From positions 31,000,001 through 31,064,000 of the forward strand of contig CAIIXF020000001.1 in assembly GCA_903813345.2 (NCBI GenBank): a stretch of 64,000 bases of DNA. The letters run 5' to 3'. Position 1 is the stretch's first letter. Every line of letters begins with the position of its first letter. Of this stretch, positions 47,201 through 62,200 are shown piece after piece. Under the pieces are notes generated by a model. That model was not told the DNA's origin, searched no databases, and saw nothing but the letters and a program-made list of their open reading frames with translations. Source of the DNA: Owenia fusiformis (taxonomy: Eukaryota). Both the position numbers and the translations under genes were made by a program.

Positions 47201-50200
47201 TGACTTGTTCTCACGGTTACTACCCAAGCGATGGGGTGGTTGGGTTAAATGTCTTGGATGGGATGCGGATAGCTGACACTTTAATACAGAATTGTGATGG
47301 ATCAGCCATACGATTATCTCATCTTGGATCCTCTATGAGATATAGCATAGAACGATATCACGATATCAAGGATGAAACCTATGGTATTCCAAATATGTGT
47401 GACTACAAGGTAAAAGGTTTCGAAGTTAATGGAGCAATGATTGCTATCTTTGCCTATGGTGATAGGAATAAATATCCGGAAGAAATGATTTGTGCCAAAA
47501 CATTTTTCTCTACTAATAGGAAGATTCTGCATTTTCGAACCATATACCATTCAAAATTTCGATCATTTAAGTTGGAAGCCTACAATGGTAGAAACATGAC
47601 TTATAGCGAGAGGTTTCTGTATGAAACATTTCCTTCTTCTAATATGCACAAAACAAACCAAGATACCTTTACCATCCGACTGACGATGAGACGATATCGC
47701 AATTCCATATACGCTGTAGAGGTTTATGAGGAAAACTATAAGTTACAAGGTACTTTGTGTTTCTCTTTTCAATTAAGCACAGAAAGTATCGCAACAGATT
47801 TCGGACAGTCCGAAATCTGTTGCGATACTTTCCGTCTCCTTTAAAGTTGTACTAAAACCAATTAAAGAATCTCTTATCATCTTGTTTTTAGCACAAATAG
47901 CATCCCTTTTGTTATGTTGACTACAAAGCTTGTGATATTTCCACACACACGATTTATTAAGATAAGACTGTCAATCTCTGAAATGTTGTTATTTTTGCGC
48001 ACTTTTTGAGGTCATCTGACCATGACGTACCGTGTGCCAAGTTATTCTGGCGCTAAATCGAAAAGTTGCAAACTACTACGAAGGCTGAACCAAAGTTAGT
48101 TCAACAAGTTAAACCTAGTCTGGGCCTTATTTCTTATCTGACACATCTTGTGGCCCGCCCTAGGTTGAACGTCCGTGCCTATTCGGCCCTTGATGCAAAA
48201 AAATTAATGGTGGCCTATGGAAGCGTATGAAATTCCACGCGCGTTTAATTAATAACTAATAATGAGAATTTGCAACCAATGAAAGCATAGCACGGAGGTT
48301 AAACCCAAACACGGCAACAATAACATTCAGATTAATAAATGAAAGCCGTGGGTTTAACTTGTTTAACTAAACGAAAGTGGAAATAAACAATTAGTTTCAT
48401 ATTTGCACCCATTCCGATAGCCAAATATATTTTTAATTGATAGAACTTCACAAAAATAAATTTTGAGGAAAGAGCACTGCAATATTGTTCATTACATATT
48501 CAATTGATTGAAATGTATTTGTGAAACCGTATATCGATAACTGAAAATGTTAACCCAATAATTATATTTTGGCCTTACAGCATTACATTCGGGTTGAAAA
48601 GTTTTAATCCCCAAACACTGGCAGACTGGCAATGTTTGCTGTTGTATAACTTACATGCTTTCAATAGCGTTTCAGCTCGACTGATTCCGCACTCAATTGC
48701 AAGTGACATTATACCCTTTTCAAAATTGATGAGAATAGCCTCAATCATGCAATAATTGGCTCAACATAAGAGTGAATAACTCGATTTTGAAAGCCAGGGT
48801 TTCATTTTTATCTACAAAATCAAGGAGGATTGGCTCCCAGAGTGCACCACCGATATTCTGTCCCATATATGGTAGCGTGACCTTTGACCTTGTTGACACG
48901 TGACAGGTTTGAAACCATTTTGAAACCTGTGAGGTCAAAGGTCACCGCTACCATATATGGGACAGAATATCGGTGGTGCATTCTGGGAGCCAATCCTCCT
49001 TGCTACAAAATCGTATTTCGCGGCAAATTGTTTCCACACGTCATGCCACGTGACGTAAAACTTCTACTCTGAAAATGAAATCAGTTTTGCCGCGAAAACA
49101 GACACGTGCTGACTTTATATTCCCGATATCATGATAAAATGAATTTTTGGAATTGTTGATGGTTCACCATCGTAAAGTGTGGCTTTCATACGGTAAGATA
49201 GCATTGATATCTCTAAATCGAGTAAAATGGTTTTAGTACAACTTTACCACTAAGGCATATGGTAGATATGACACCACAAGTACGAATGTATATAATTTTA
49301 TTCTCATTCTGCATATGATATAAGTTAAGTGTTGTATTAACTATTTACAGAATCCCCCAAAAGAACATTTACAGTAGAAAACGGTGTTATGAAAAATAAT
49401 GGAAACGGTGTAAAGGCAGTTTTTACAGGTTCCTCAACTCCAGATATCAATATAACAACATCGAGATTTATGAACAACCTAAAAAGCATCAATATAACTT
49501 CTGAAAATAGCTCAATTACAATATCTCATAACCAGTTCAAGGAAAATAAACGTGTAGCTAGGATTCTCACTGAATCGGACAATGGTCAGACAAAAATTAT
49601 TTTCGCTTATAATAACGTGACAAAAAATACTGGACAGACTTTGATTCATATCAAAGATAAATCGGACGCGTTCATGGACAGAGGAAACCTGTGTATTATG
49701 GACAATGATATATCAAACAATTTCAATGAAACAAACTCTACGGACACCACCACACCGATGATCTGGATTGATGACATAGATGGCGTAATACAAGGAAACA
49801 AGTTTGCCAACAACAGAGGAAGTAAACTAATTTGGTGGAAACAAAGACAAGAACCGTCTAAGTTTTTGAAAAATCTTGTACGGCACAACTCTGGTGAACA
49901 CCCTCATGATAAAATTACAATTGTAGCAGAAGGAAAAGATACAAGTTACACATACAACTGGTTGGAAAATCCCGCAAATACATTTGAGATGACCTCAGTC
50001 GTTGGATACCCAACGGTGCAAGCAACAATGAACTGGTGGGGAAAGGGGGTCTCCTTCAAAGATGTCAGTTATACTAGACTACGCAGTACTAATATTGACC
50101 CATTTCTTCCTGGTATTAGTTTTGAGCCAATTGCAACGTCTCCAAAGCAAATATTAGGTAATAATCATATTTTATATTTCAACAATGACCCGATTCGTAA

Positions 50201-53200
50201 CTCAAAAAATACAATTTCCATTCTTTTATTTGGAAGTCAGTATCATAAATAATAGTTCTCATAATTCCATGAAGCTTATGAAATTAACAGTTCCTGACGT
50301 ACGTTATTATTTCGTAGGAAATTGTGATTTCGGTTGGCAGTATTCTAAAGGAACATGTTACTATCTGACAAGAGGGACAGACTCATTCAGTGAATCTCTA
50401 ACAATATGCAAGGTCAATTCAAAACTTATTACATAATAAATAAGCTTTAAATGTTTATAAACTGGCCAAAACATTCTTATAGATGATTTAGGATATTCTA
50501 AGATAGGGATATTCTTTCCAAGTCAATGAATCTAGTCACTTAGTATATAACCACTTTAATATAATGATCTACATTTTAATGTTAATTCAGGAAAGAGGTG
50601 CTGTAATGGTAAAACCATTGAAAAATCTCTTGGATGATGTTTTCGAAAGACTAAATGAAAAGGGCATGGAATCGCCTCTTATTTGGACACGGCAAGCGTC
50701 TCAAGAGGTCTGATACAATTTAAAAATTAATAGGTTTTAGCTTTCAGTAAAATATTTATGTAAACATAATTAAAAGGTTTAATCTTTGAAAAAAAATTCT
50801 GTAAGCAAGTCTCATTTAGAGCTAAATAATCACAATTGTTACACAGCATAACTTGCTTACCTCTAATTTGAATTTCTGAGGAATGTGGAGTGTATGACTT
50901 CAATTCGAAAGAGACTAAAACCAAAGACTGTACCAGCTACTTTTCGACAATATGCTACAAAGAACAAGGTAAAAATTATGTCAGCCATACCAAAGTGAAT
51001 ACATTAATAGCATACTTTATACAATGAGTTCAAAGTAACTAACAATTCATAGTAATTGAGTAAGCAATAACTGAACGATACATAAAATCATTTCAACTCA
51101 TTGACATTACACCCGACATTCAGCGACATTACATTACATTACATGTTTCACACATGTATATATAAAGGAATGATGAATCTATATCTGAATTTAATTTAAT
51201 GTTAAAATACTAAAATCTTTTCTTTTGAGAAGCTTTCGTGTAGAACTTTTTGAAGAACCCTAATATACCAGTATACATGTATGTGTAAACTGATCATTCT
51301 GTCTAATCATAACTATCTTAACATGTACATGTACCTATGACTGTGTGCTTGAATATGGTTTTAAACATCATATTCATGTGATTGTAATTGTTTCAGAAAG
51401 CCAGTGTCCCAACAGTTGCACTTACAATGGAAAATGTTTTGGAAAAACATGCACTTGTGACATGGGCTGGGAAAGAGATGACTGCTCTGTATATCATTGT
51501 AGAGATGTTAACAATTGTGGTCGCTTTGGTAGCTGTGTCGGTCCAAACCAGTGTCGTTGTCAGCAGGGATGGAATGTAAGGCTTATTCTTAATATGAATT
51601 CTTTATATGCATTACAAACTGAAGGTTAAAAACTACCATGACTCTTATAGGTAAAGGGCCCCAATTTTGAAATTTTGGATAACATCATAAAAATAAGCCC
51701 ACATTCCTTAAAAAAGAATGGCCGGTAATGTCAGTTTGTTATCTAAGTTGTCCAGTTTATGTGGGGAGGAGCACATTTTTGGCCCGAATTTTGTTTCGGG
51801 ACCCATCTAGGGGGGGGGGGGGACTCTCCATGTCCGCCACTGCTTCCAATATTGAAATCCAAGATTTATACTATAACATATCACAAAATCACATGCACGT
51901 TTTTGAACAAATAAATGACACTTATTTTTTGTTCTACATTTTCATTTATTGAACACAGGGTGTAGGTTGTTCTATAAGTTACTGCCCCCGATTCACCGGA
52001 TGTCTAGCGTGTACCAAACAGATCGGTTGTGGATGGTGTGATAAAACCCAACAATGTATGCCTGGTCGAGGTGATTCTCCAACGCTAACTACATGTCCTG
52101 CTTGGTTTTATTACAATTGTCTTACTACAAAAGCAGATTCAAAATGTTCTAATGAAATACAGGTAATTAAATCGTTTAGCTTCCAAATATGACTGTGCAT
52201 AAATATTTCCCCAGTGAACTCAGTGACCGAGAGAAATATCGATATCATCCGATAGATATCATATCATCCCGACAGGTGAATACGACCTTACACCATGATC
52301 AAAAGCAATATCTATACTACCTAAAGAATCATCTGTTGGATGAGAAAACAAAAAACTAATTTGGGATTATAGCGTTACGTGTATTTCATATAACAAAATA
52401 ATTATGAATAGAAATAACATGGGAACTGAATAATAGAAATAACACTACCTGTTTGTGACAGCTGCCAACAGTATTGTTCTAGACGAGATTCTCTACTAGA
52501 TGTCTCAATAATTAAATATACGTATAACATTATAATAAGATTTCTACCATTGAGTAGAGTCACGACGTTCCCTGGAAAAGATTGATATCATTATTTTGAT
52601 ATTCCCCATATCAAATTCCTCCCGGTGTATAAGCTTCGTGTTTTTGTATGAAACAATTTGAAATTCCAGGCTATGGATTGTTCAGGAAAGCAATGCAATC
52701 GAAAGAGGAATCCTCACTTTACACAAGAGAAATGTACACGTTGTGTTGACATCGAAAAATGTTTCATTGATGCTGACCCGGTAGGTTATATATCTTCAAT
52801 GTGAGCTCCCGATAGACATAAACTACAACATTCACAAATAACTATATACGTATGTCAAAGTACAATTATTCTTACATGAGGTGATTTGTGTTTTTTAGTC
52901 AATTGATTGCAAAGTATGGAACTCAACAAAATGCCCAAATGGACTCATCAATATTGACTACACAAAGCCCAGATTCGATAAAACCGTTATGAAGAATGGT
53001 GTGCTGTTTCTTGATCCGAACTTTACCCCAGTGCTGAGGTGTCCAACAAAAACTGTAGATATTCTTGTTGTTCTTAATGAGATACCACTCCCTCGCTACA
53101 AAATCACGACTGTCGTGTCCCCACAATCAGGAGGGATTGCGCATAAGATATTATCACACAGATTTTCCGAGCTTTCCTCGGGTATCTATGTAGTTTGTAT

Positions 53201-56200
53201 TCATACCAGACATGGGAAATATAATTTAATATCTGCTCGCATATATCTCATTTCCATAATACTCAAATTAAGAAGGTTTTCTGACAAAAATGTATTATAC
53301 AGAAATATAGCCGACTTTCTTCATTTCAGGGAAAGTCACAATTATGTCCGGTATTCCTGCATCTTTAAATGATTTAATTACTTACTCTGACTTCAATGAA
53401 GCAGTTGAAATCCGCCCCATAGATGACATACTTATTGCTGAACATGAAACTGATGAAGACTTGCTTGATCAACTTGAAAATATGAGAAATGAAGGAAGTA
53501 GAGTACATCTAATAAATGGTATGATACACTTGCCACATGCCCTTTTTTCTTTTGAGTTCATGTATTTATGTATCCTTTTCTGGACCATAGTGTAGGATAG
53601 TTTGATTTTGTATTTTTGTACTACTTATACTAGTGACGTACATATTGTTGTGAAATTCGTTCTACATTTTTATTATATCTTGCAAACAAATAAGTTTTAC
53701 ATTTTCCCATCGAACACAAGAAAGTACATTTTTACTAAAGATCTTCACCTTTTGTTCTCTACAATTTTTTATGCTGTCGTCAATCTCCCAATACTGCTCA
53801 ATACTGCTTCTTCTTTTAGACACAATGTTTCGCTGTCTTGGAGAACATGTGGATGATGCAGCGTCCTTTGTTATTGCAATACCAAAAGATCTGAGCAACG
53901 CAATGTATGCAGTGGGCGATATTCTAGTTGGGACTCCATTGGGGTACATCGAGAAAGTGACATCTATCGACCAAGATTCAAAAGTGCGAATTGCTAAGAC
54001 AGAATTGACGAAATGTACAACACAACTATATATTAATGCTGATATCATGTACGTTATTTTTCAGCATGTACATGTTTATGAAAAATAACAGTTACTAATG
54101 TAGAAGCCAAGTGTTTCATGGACATGAAAGTAATCAATATCAACATAGTCCAAATTCTGGAAGTCAAGTCAGACATCTTGTTTTAAGTTATTTGTCCTTT
54201 CTTAAGTTTCTTGTCGATAATTGTAGTTAAGAGTGAATGATAAGTTTAGCAATTATCATGATTATTATTATGATTGTCGTTAACAGAATATTGTATCTTC
54301 TCTTTGGTTCAAGAACTCACAATGAATATAAACCAAAACTGAATTGTTTTTCTGGAGAGAACAATCTGAAGGGTGGAGCATTAATGCCGATTTACGAATC
54401 TCAGAATGTAGTTGAGGGCTCTTTCATTCAGGGGCGAAAAACAAAGCAATTTTCGGCAAAGGTATGAATTACATTATTCTCGAGTTTGAACACTATTCTA
54501 GGATATCTTCTGTAAAATACTGAACGTATCGTGTATTCTGAGGCCATTGGAATCAACAAAACGTTAAACTTTATAAACCAAAATAATTGTTTTCAAAGAT
54601 TTATTGCAGATTCTGGACAAATATTCAAGTGATAGATATAACTTTTATGTCATGACTAATGTTGTGTCAGTCGGAGATGATGGTTATGTCGAAACTGAAA
54701 TATCTGAGATCTCAAGAAGAAAACGACAGACACCCACAAGTTATTCTAGGCAGTTTAAACAATTGTCATTGAATAAGAAAGCTACATTTGTAAGTAAATA
54801 CTTTCACATATCTAATTACAAGGAACACATCCGTCCACCTGGGCGATAACTCATTTACCGTTGGCCCGATTTTGTTCATATTTTGTACACATATTATGTC
54901 CTATGGGGGTAGAAGTTCTGCTAGAAAGCAGATTTTCAATATATAAAACTGCATAGGTACAACATATAAAACTGCAATATTTATATTGATTTATCTCATT
55001 TACCTAGGCAAAAATTCGTTAACAGATAACTTGGCATCAAATTTCAGAAGGCAGTCAATCAAGATGGACACAGTGGGTACTTCAATATAAAGGTTAAATA
55101 CGACGATGCTCGTGTGACTCTCTCTCAGACCATGACATCTGAGAGACCGATTACATCAACTCTTGGTGTTAACCTTGAGGGACAATTTATATATAATCTA
55201 GACAACAGAATTACTTGGAAGTAAGTACCAACGTTTTAACTACAATGGTATATGTTATGAAATACTGAGTAGAAGTCGAACAGAAAATCATTGTTTTTAG
55301 TACCATGTTCTGAAAATATAAGTAGTCTTGCTTCAAGACCCTCGACTATCTACTCTAACAACTGTGATTTTTAGATAGAGAGCCGAGACCACAGTCTAGA
55401 AGTTAGACCAAAAATAAGTTGTAATCACATTGTCGAGTAAAAACCTTGATATCATGTGATAGTTCGTTACGGGTAAATTGAGGTCACTAAGAATCTTTGA
55501 AATCATTGTTCTTGAGCAATGTTTGTTCAAACGGAAATACAATTTTACATTTTGTTTGGACAAACATTCAGAGGAATCAGCTTAGCCGAAGAACCAACTG
55601 AGCCCTCAGCACATTTGAAACACTTACATCCCCGGGCCACCTTTGAAGAGAGCCTTTTGGATACTGCAAAGAACTTGTTGATATTGTAAATGTATACTGA
55701 AGAAGTTATTCACCAGGAGGGATTTGCTATATGGGGAATATCACGAGGATGATATCAATATTTTCCGATGAAATGCAGTGGCCGAGGGAATTATTGATAT
55801 CATCCGAGGGATATTCCTCATATCATCCCGACAGGTGAATAACGACCTTATACAATCGCCAAGAGCAATATCTATTTTTTTAAATGGAAAATTTTAGAAT
55901 TCACCCGGGATGACATCATCCCTGATATCATCCCTGTCCCAAATATGTGATTTATCACTTGCAATTATCAAGGACATCTATCTCCAGAGACGTCCTTGCT
56001 CTTATATACCTGATATTGCTCTGACCATGATATAACGTCATAGAATGGAGAATGAATAAATCCATTAAAATTACAATTTCCAGCCATAAAGATTCATCCC
56101 TGCATCAAATGTCCCTGGATCGGAAGTGCAATCGTGTGAAAAGGGATGTGTCTCTGAAAATCGGGAACAAATTATCTGTGCCAGCGAAACTTACACTGGA

Positions 56201-59200
56201 CTCAACTTTGAAGTATTCAGCTGAGTCAAAGGTAACGAAACATGACATAAACGTGCAACGTTTTATCAAAATCAAGTATATTTACAATAAAGCTATATAA
56301 TTATACTTGTATCCCACTTTTGGGCAAAGTGTACAGCTTATACAGAAAACAGTGAAAAAAGCTTAACTAATTATCTAATTATTATAATAACTAACTAAAG
56401 GGTACTTGATCATTGCAAGATTTTATTGGATGTATTTCGTGTTTTTTTTCTCTCGATATATTTGATATATATATATGCATATACCGGTATCACACTGGAA
56501 TAGCCTGACAACGGTAAAGTCAGATACCGATGTCACAAATAGCGGACATAACCATCGCACAAACTAAATAATCACTTGGTCCTCGTTTCATGGGACTTTA
56601 TCGTATAATATCCCAATTTCTACTGTATCAAATGGGGTCGTGAATCGCCACAATAAAGCGTCTTCGAGATCGTCAATGACAACGGAATCTGAATTTGAAA
56701 TAATTTACAAAGACAACGGCGTGACAACGGACTATGGTGGATGTATTGTATTGGAACATAGGATGAACAGGTGATTCGGATTCTGCATCCGTATTCTTGG
56801 AGATTCATTTACATCTCATTGGATAGTCAGACTCCTACACTTAGTATTACCATCTTTAAATCATTGTTAATAATGTCCTTCAATTTTTAGAATTCTGGCG
56901 ATAGATTACTGTCAGCAGCTGCAACTAATGGTGTTGGAGTTGAAGTTGGATTCCACAAAGCAATGGGAAAATCTCATTTCTCAAACATGATTCTTGTAAG
57001 TGGTACTCAAACTATTTTTGGTTTTTCAAAGTGATTTGAAACATTCAAATTTCTGTCTTTATCTCGTTTGGGGCACGATATTTGAAAATAGCGTACTTCC
57101 AGGATGTTAGTCTGTTATGCAAATATTAAGACATAGGCATATACCGCGTGACACAAAAAATGACACCCACCCATATAATGTTACATAACTTTTATGTCTG
57201 AAGGATTTCTGACTTGTTTTTTCGCAGATTAAAACTACAATTGCATTTTGCAACTCCACAAGAAGTTTCAGATGACAAGCTCACCTAGATGCACATTTAT
57301 GAGCGTTACAAAAGGTGTCGTCTATTCCTTTGCTGGCACAACTGGATCTTACACAAAAAATGACACTCACCTTTTGTAATATAATTCTGGAAATAAGTTA
57401 TAATGATTTTATCAATGACAACTACATTATTTTATGTTTAATTGAATGAACTTCAATTACTTGAAAGTACAAGCCAAAATCTATAGTTTTGTGTAAAATC
57501 CATGTGTGTCTGCAAAGGAATGGATTATATTTAGAGCAAATGCTGTAACGCTTATAAAACTTAAGCTAAACATCTGAAATTTCTCACTTGTGCTTTCGCA
57601 TTAAGTCTACTTTAAATGTGGCAAAGGACAAATCTATATGTTCATAGACAAAGAAGTTATGCAACGTAAGGTGGGTGTCATTTTTGTGTCACCCTGTATT
57701 TACTCAAAGGGGGAAGACTGGAGAGTCTAACAAAACACATGAACAGAAAGAAAAACATCTAAGATCACAACCAACCAATTCTGTGATCAAACTCAAAATG
57801 AAAAACTTTTTCACCCTCAATTTCACACTATTCAGGAAGCAATATAATAATCTAAAAATCATGCATGTTAATTAAACACAAAAAAACATATTGAACATAA
57901 TCTGGAGACTCTGTTCCTGTTTATGACAGTATATATGTATAAGTCCTCAGGAAGAAACTATGACTGGTTTCGATCCGTTTCCACAAACATAAGTGAGTGC
58001 CATAGTCAGGATCGACTTTAAATGTGCAAACAGACGGAGACCAATAGACATAGTCATTTCGGTGAACTACATTCCAACGTGTGATTCTTTCAGGATATTA
58101 ACCCACCTGAGCTTGACGAAACCTATATGTATGGTAATGAAACAGGTAGGATTACTGTGAAATCACGGTTGGACAACATTCTGACGTTTACGTATCCCTC
58201 CGGCAAAAAGAAATCAGAACAACAGTGTCCAGGGGATATTGTTGGGAACGAACTGTGTGAAGGTATTACATTTTTAGGCAATTTGTCAATACAACACGTC
58301 ATGGGAGAATAATGTGATGAATGCGTTGAATTATATGAGGAATTAAGTTTTTGAGGCCACAATGCTTCCTTGATAGAACGATACTTCTCAACCAATCCAA
58401 CTAACATCGAGACGTTCTTTTGTAATTTAATTGTAATGAATTTAATCTGCCATATCAAAGAAAAGACAATCTCATTATTACTTACATGGTTAAATCCGGA
58501 AAAATTTCCCCTTAAGTCCCTACCAAAGATTTAGAATATTGTTTTACCATCCACATATGATTTATCATGACTTCTGAAAAAAGTTGACTCTCGAAAAAAG
58601 TTATTGGTACATTCGTTTCCAAACATTTGAATTTCGAATCGTATCTAAATATGCTTTTAAAAATAAAATAATATTTAATATGTTGGCCTATATAAGTTTC
58701 ATGTTTAAATATTTGTTACAAAATAAGCCGAAGTGGTTGAGACTTTATATGGGGCCTTCAATGTACTGAACTGTCATTTAAATCACGAAAAACTTTTTAT
58801 CCAAAGTATATACCTTTCAGCTGGTGCTGACCATGTTACGGATTTCAAAGTAACGTTTAACTTGCCTATTCGATTGGACAGAACCATAGATTCTTGTTCG
58901 GATTCATGCAATCAGTGTGGAGGAGAGAGTCAAGGACTCGTTAAAACTACAGCTGGAATTATCGAAATCAACGGAAATGTAAAAGCTCCGAGTTTTAGCG
59001 ACATTAATGAACCATTTAGAGAAAAGGGAAATGTGACCAATATAAGGTAATTCCAAATTGCAAGTTCAATTTGATACAAATCATGCATTCTTTCGCACAA
59101 AGGATTAGTGATCAAGTGTTTGTAAGGCAGGTGACTCGGTTATTCTTGATCCTGAGCTTAAGATTCATTTCAAAGCTATTGCAAGAGTAAAAGAGCTTAT

Positions 59201-62200
59201 AAGAAGATGGGAAGACAGTAGTGGAATCGGTTTCACTGTATCCGATCATTTGAGATAGTTCAACTACAGTCCGATGAATTACTAATATTACACGGTACAT
59301 GACTGGTCATCGACATGCTGCTTATGTAAATTGTATTTTTTTCATCCAGGCAATGCTTTAAAACAATGTCAACTTGTCTTGTTGACCAAAGCCAATGTTG
59401 TAAATGTCAGGAGGGTGAGGGCGTTCTTATGAATGGGGAGTGCATCTGCAACTCATGTCCTGATGGAACTTTAAATGGAAGCAATAAACCAGGGTGTAGC
59501 TGTGTGTGTAATGACGGATCTACTTCCACACTTCTTCAAGATGGGACATGTAATGTAAGTATACACTGCTAAAGTTCTTGCGAGGGTTTATGGATTGTGG
59601 CTAAGGAAGAAATGGCAATAGAACAAAATAATAATACAGACAATATGGTGTATTCTATAACCTAGGGAGCTAAACAAAAGATGTTTCAGTTTAAGAATAT
59701 TTTGGCTGTCATATGTATTTTTGATAATCCCCAAAGTACTTTATTTCAGGAAAAAATAAGAGTAATTTAATGTGTAAATATACTTTTACAATAAAGTATA
59801 ATAATTTTTCTATGATTAAATATGGTTACTATTTTTATCATTTGGGAGAGTTCAAACATTTTCCCCCTATGTTTGTAATTTAAATCATTGATACATAAAT
59901 TCAATTTTCTATGACATGAATCTTTGTAAGGAATAGATTGGTAGGCCAATATTGTTTTGAATTCGTTTGTAATTTTGTCAACCCCTATTGACCTGAATCT
60001 GAGCAATTTTTTCTCATTTATATATTAGTTGCTCCCTCTATGACCTCTTCTGTACCGTAAAATAATATAATAAATAATAAAAAAAAATAAACCGTAACAT
60101 TCTAGTGTAACTGTATATGTGCTGATGGAACTATATCTAACCTGGACCAGAATGGAGAATGTTCATGTGGCTGCACTTGTAAAAATTGCCAGCACTCTGT
60201 AAGAGACGCGAATGGATGCCATTGCCCTGATGATATGTGAGTCAACCACATTGAATTCACTTTATGATATCCTGTAGATATCTTGAATTAGTATTGAAAG
60301 TGTATGTAAAAGAGTTAAATGCAAATAACATATAATCTGTTGTCTTATGGGCGATTTCGTGACTGTTGTAAGAAAGTACTAAAAGAGGGCTTTGTATATT
60401 GCCTCCTAAATCAGAAAACTATTTGATTATACATACATGTATTTAACCGAGACCTCCTTCTATCTGTCTATATAGATGTTGTTATACTTAATTTATTTGA
60501 TTACATTAATAGCTATAAATAATGATATGGAATACTCTTTTGGAATGCATTATCGTAATGTCGTCTGATCCTTCATGCTGCAAATATTGTAAAAACTATC
60601 CCAAGGGTGGTTTTCTAATCTTAAAAAAGCCCACAACTAAATAATAATATTACAAGGTAATGCCAATTTATTATCTTAAGTCGGGAAAAGATTTTGGGCC
60701 GCCCCTGTCATGTCCGTCCACCACTGAATCTAGACATAACCCCCAACCAAAATATTCTTAACCAGGCCCGTAGGGGAGGGGGGGGGGTTCGATGGGTTTG
60801 AATGACCCCGCCCTGGCCAAAAATATTTTTTAGTCATGTAGTTTCATTCTGAGCACTTTTAAGTGATTTGGGCCATTTTGGACCAAAATTGTCAAAAGTG
60901 AACCCCCCCCCTGGAATTTTTCAAAAAGTGACCCCCTTGGCAAATTCTGGCTACGGGACTGTTAGCTGATCATGAAACGATTATGCTACTATCTAATAGC
61001 TGCCCTATGATATGCGATGTTAATGAAGAGGTTGTGTGGCGTAACTGTGAATGTACCTGTGTGGCTAAACATCCATGTGGCATTCCGCCCGGTTGTGTCC
61101 CCGGTAGGAGAGGAGACAACTGCGACCAACCAGAATGTGGAACATGTCAAGGTTAACTTTGACCTAGAAAATTAGTTTGTGTATAGCCTTCTTGCCAGTG
61201 TTCAATTAAAGTAATTCTTTCTCTATGAAAATACGTTGTTACATTTCCTATATTGAAATAAACAAATAATAAAGTTATGATAAACTACTAGATTAGTATC
61301 CGAATAATACAAAAAATAAAATGTTTTTTGTTCAAGGTTGCTCGGGAAATGGTTTTTGTACTGCCTCTCAAGACAGTTGTTCATCAAGTTGTCAATGTGG
61401 AGCCCAATGGAGGGGTCCATGCTGTGAATTTAGGATACCATCTGCAGAAGGAGGAGATCCCCATCTTCAAACTTTAGATGGTGAAAATATGGAACTTTTG
61501 AAAAATCCCCTGAAACATGAAATAATGCAATAGAATTATATACTGAAAACTGAAACGGCAAAATAATGAAAACTGAATATACTGAAATTTATATATAATT
61601 ACTTTTATTAGGTGTGAGATATGACTTCCATGGTATAGGTGAATTCTGGGACTGCAAGAGTGAGGCCAATGATTTTGGAATACAGACGCGCATGTTTGGA
61701 TATCGCAATGCATCTCTCATTGGTGGAGCCGCTATTAAAGCGGGAGAGAATATTGTAACAGTAATGACAGATCAACCAGCAGATAAAAACTCATTGCCAA
61801 TTGTAAGGTATGGATTTAGCAATATAGCTGAAAAGAATGTTATATGACATGATATAGGGACAAAAAATATTCATTTATGCATTTAAAATTACTGTTTTTC
61901 GTTTTGATATTAAAGTAGAATTCAAGGATTTAATGGCAGAAACTCATATTGAAAAACATGTTGAGATAATCATTTTGAAAAGGCGCTACTTTGACTTGTG
62001 AAGTGAGATGTTTTATGTTATCTACATGTAGTTCTCGGTCCATCTCAGGTTCTGAAGTACCCTTTGCATTCTTTTGACTTCGCTTCTTAAAGAGATCCTT
62101 GTCTACTGTAGTTTATAACTAGACTCTGCGCGCAGGGTAATTCTGATCCTTCAATGAAAAAGTTAATCGTTTTTTTGTGGAAGGTACATGTATTTCAAAA

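Noticed and set aside
43852..47844. 1330-aa ORF as a stand-alone intronless or bacterial gene
   Set aside because: It is bounded by a good acceptor (43870) and donor (47750) in phase with neighbouring exons, so it is an internal exon.
57908..57991. Candidate extra exon of the giant gene ending at gtgagt
   Set aside because: Its phase does not fit the flanking phase-0 exons 56891-56995 and 58094-58262, and the alternative frames tested contain stops.
60029..60056. Candidate micro-exon
   Set aside because: In the required phase 0 it reads TTG CTC CCT CTA TGA (stop), and the flanking exons join in frame without it.
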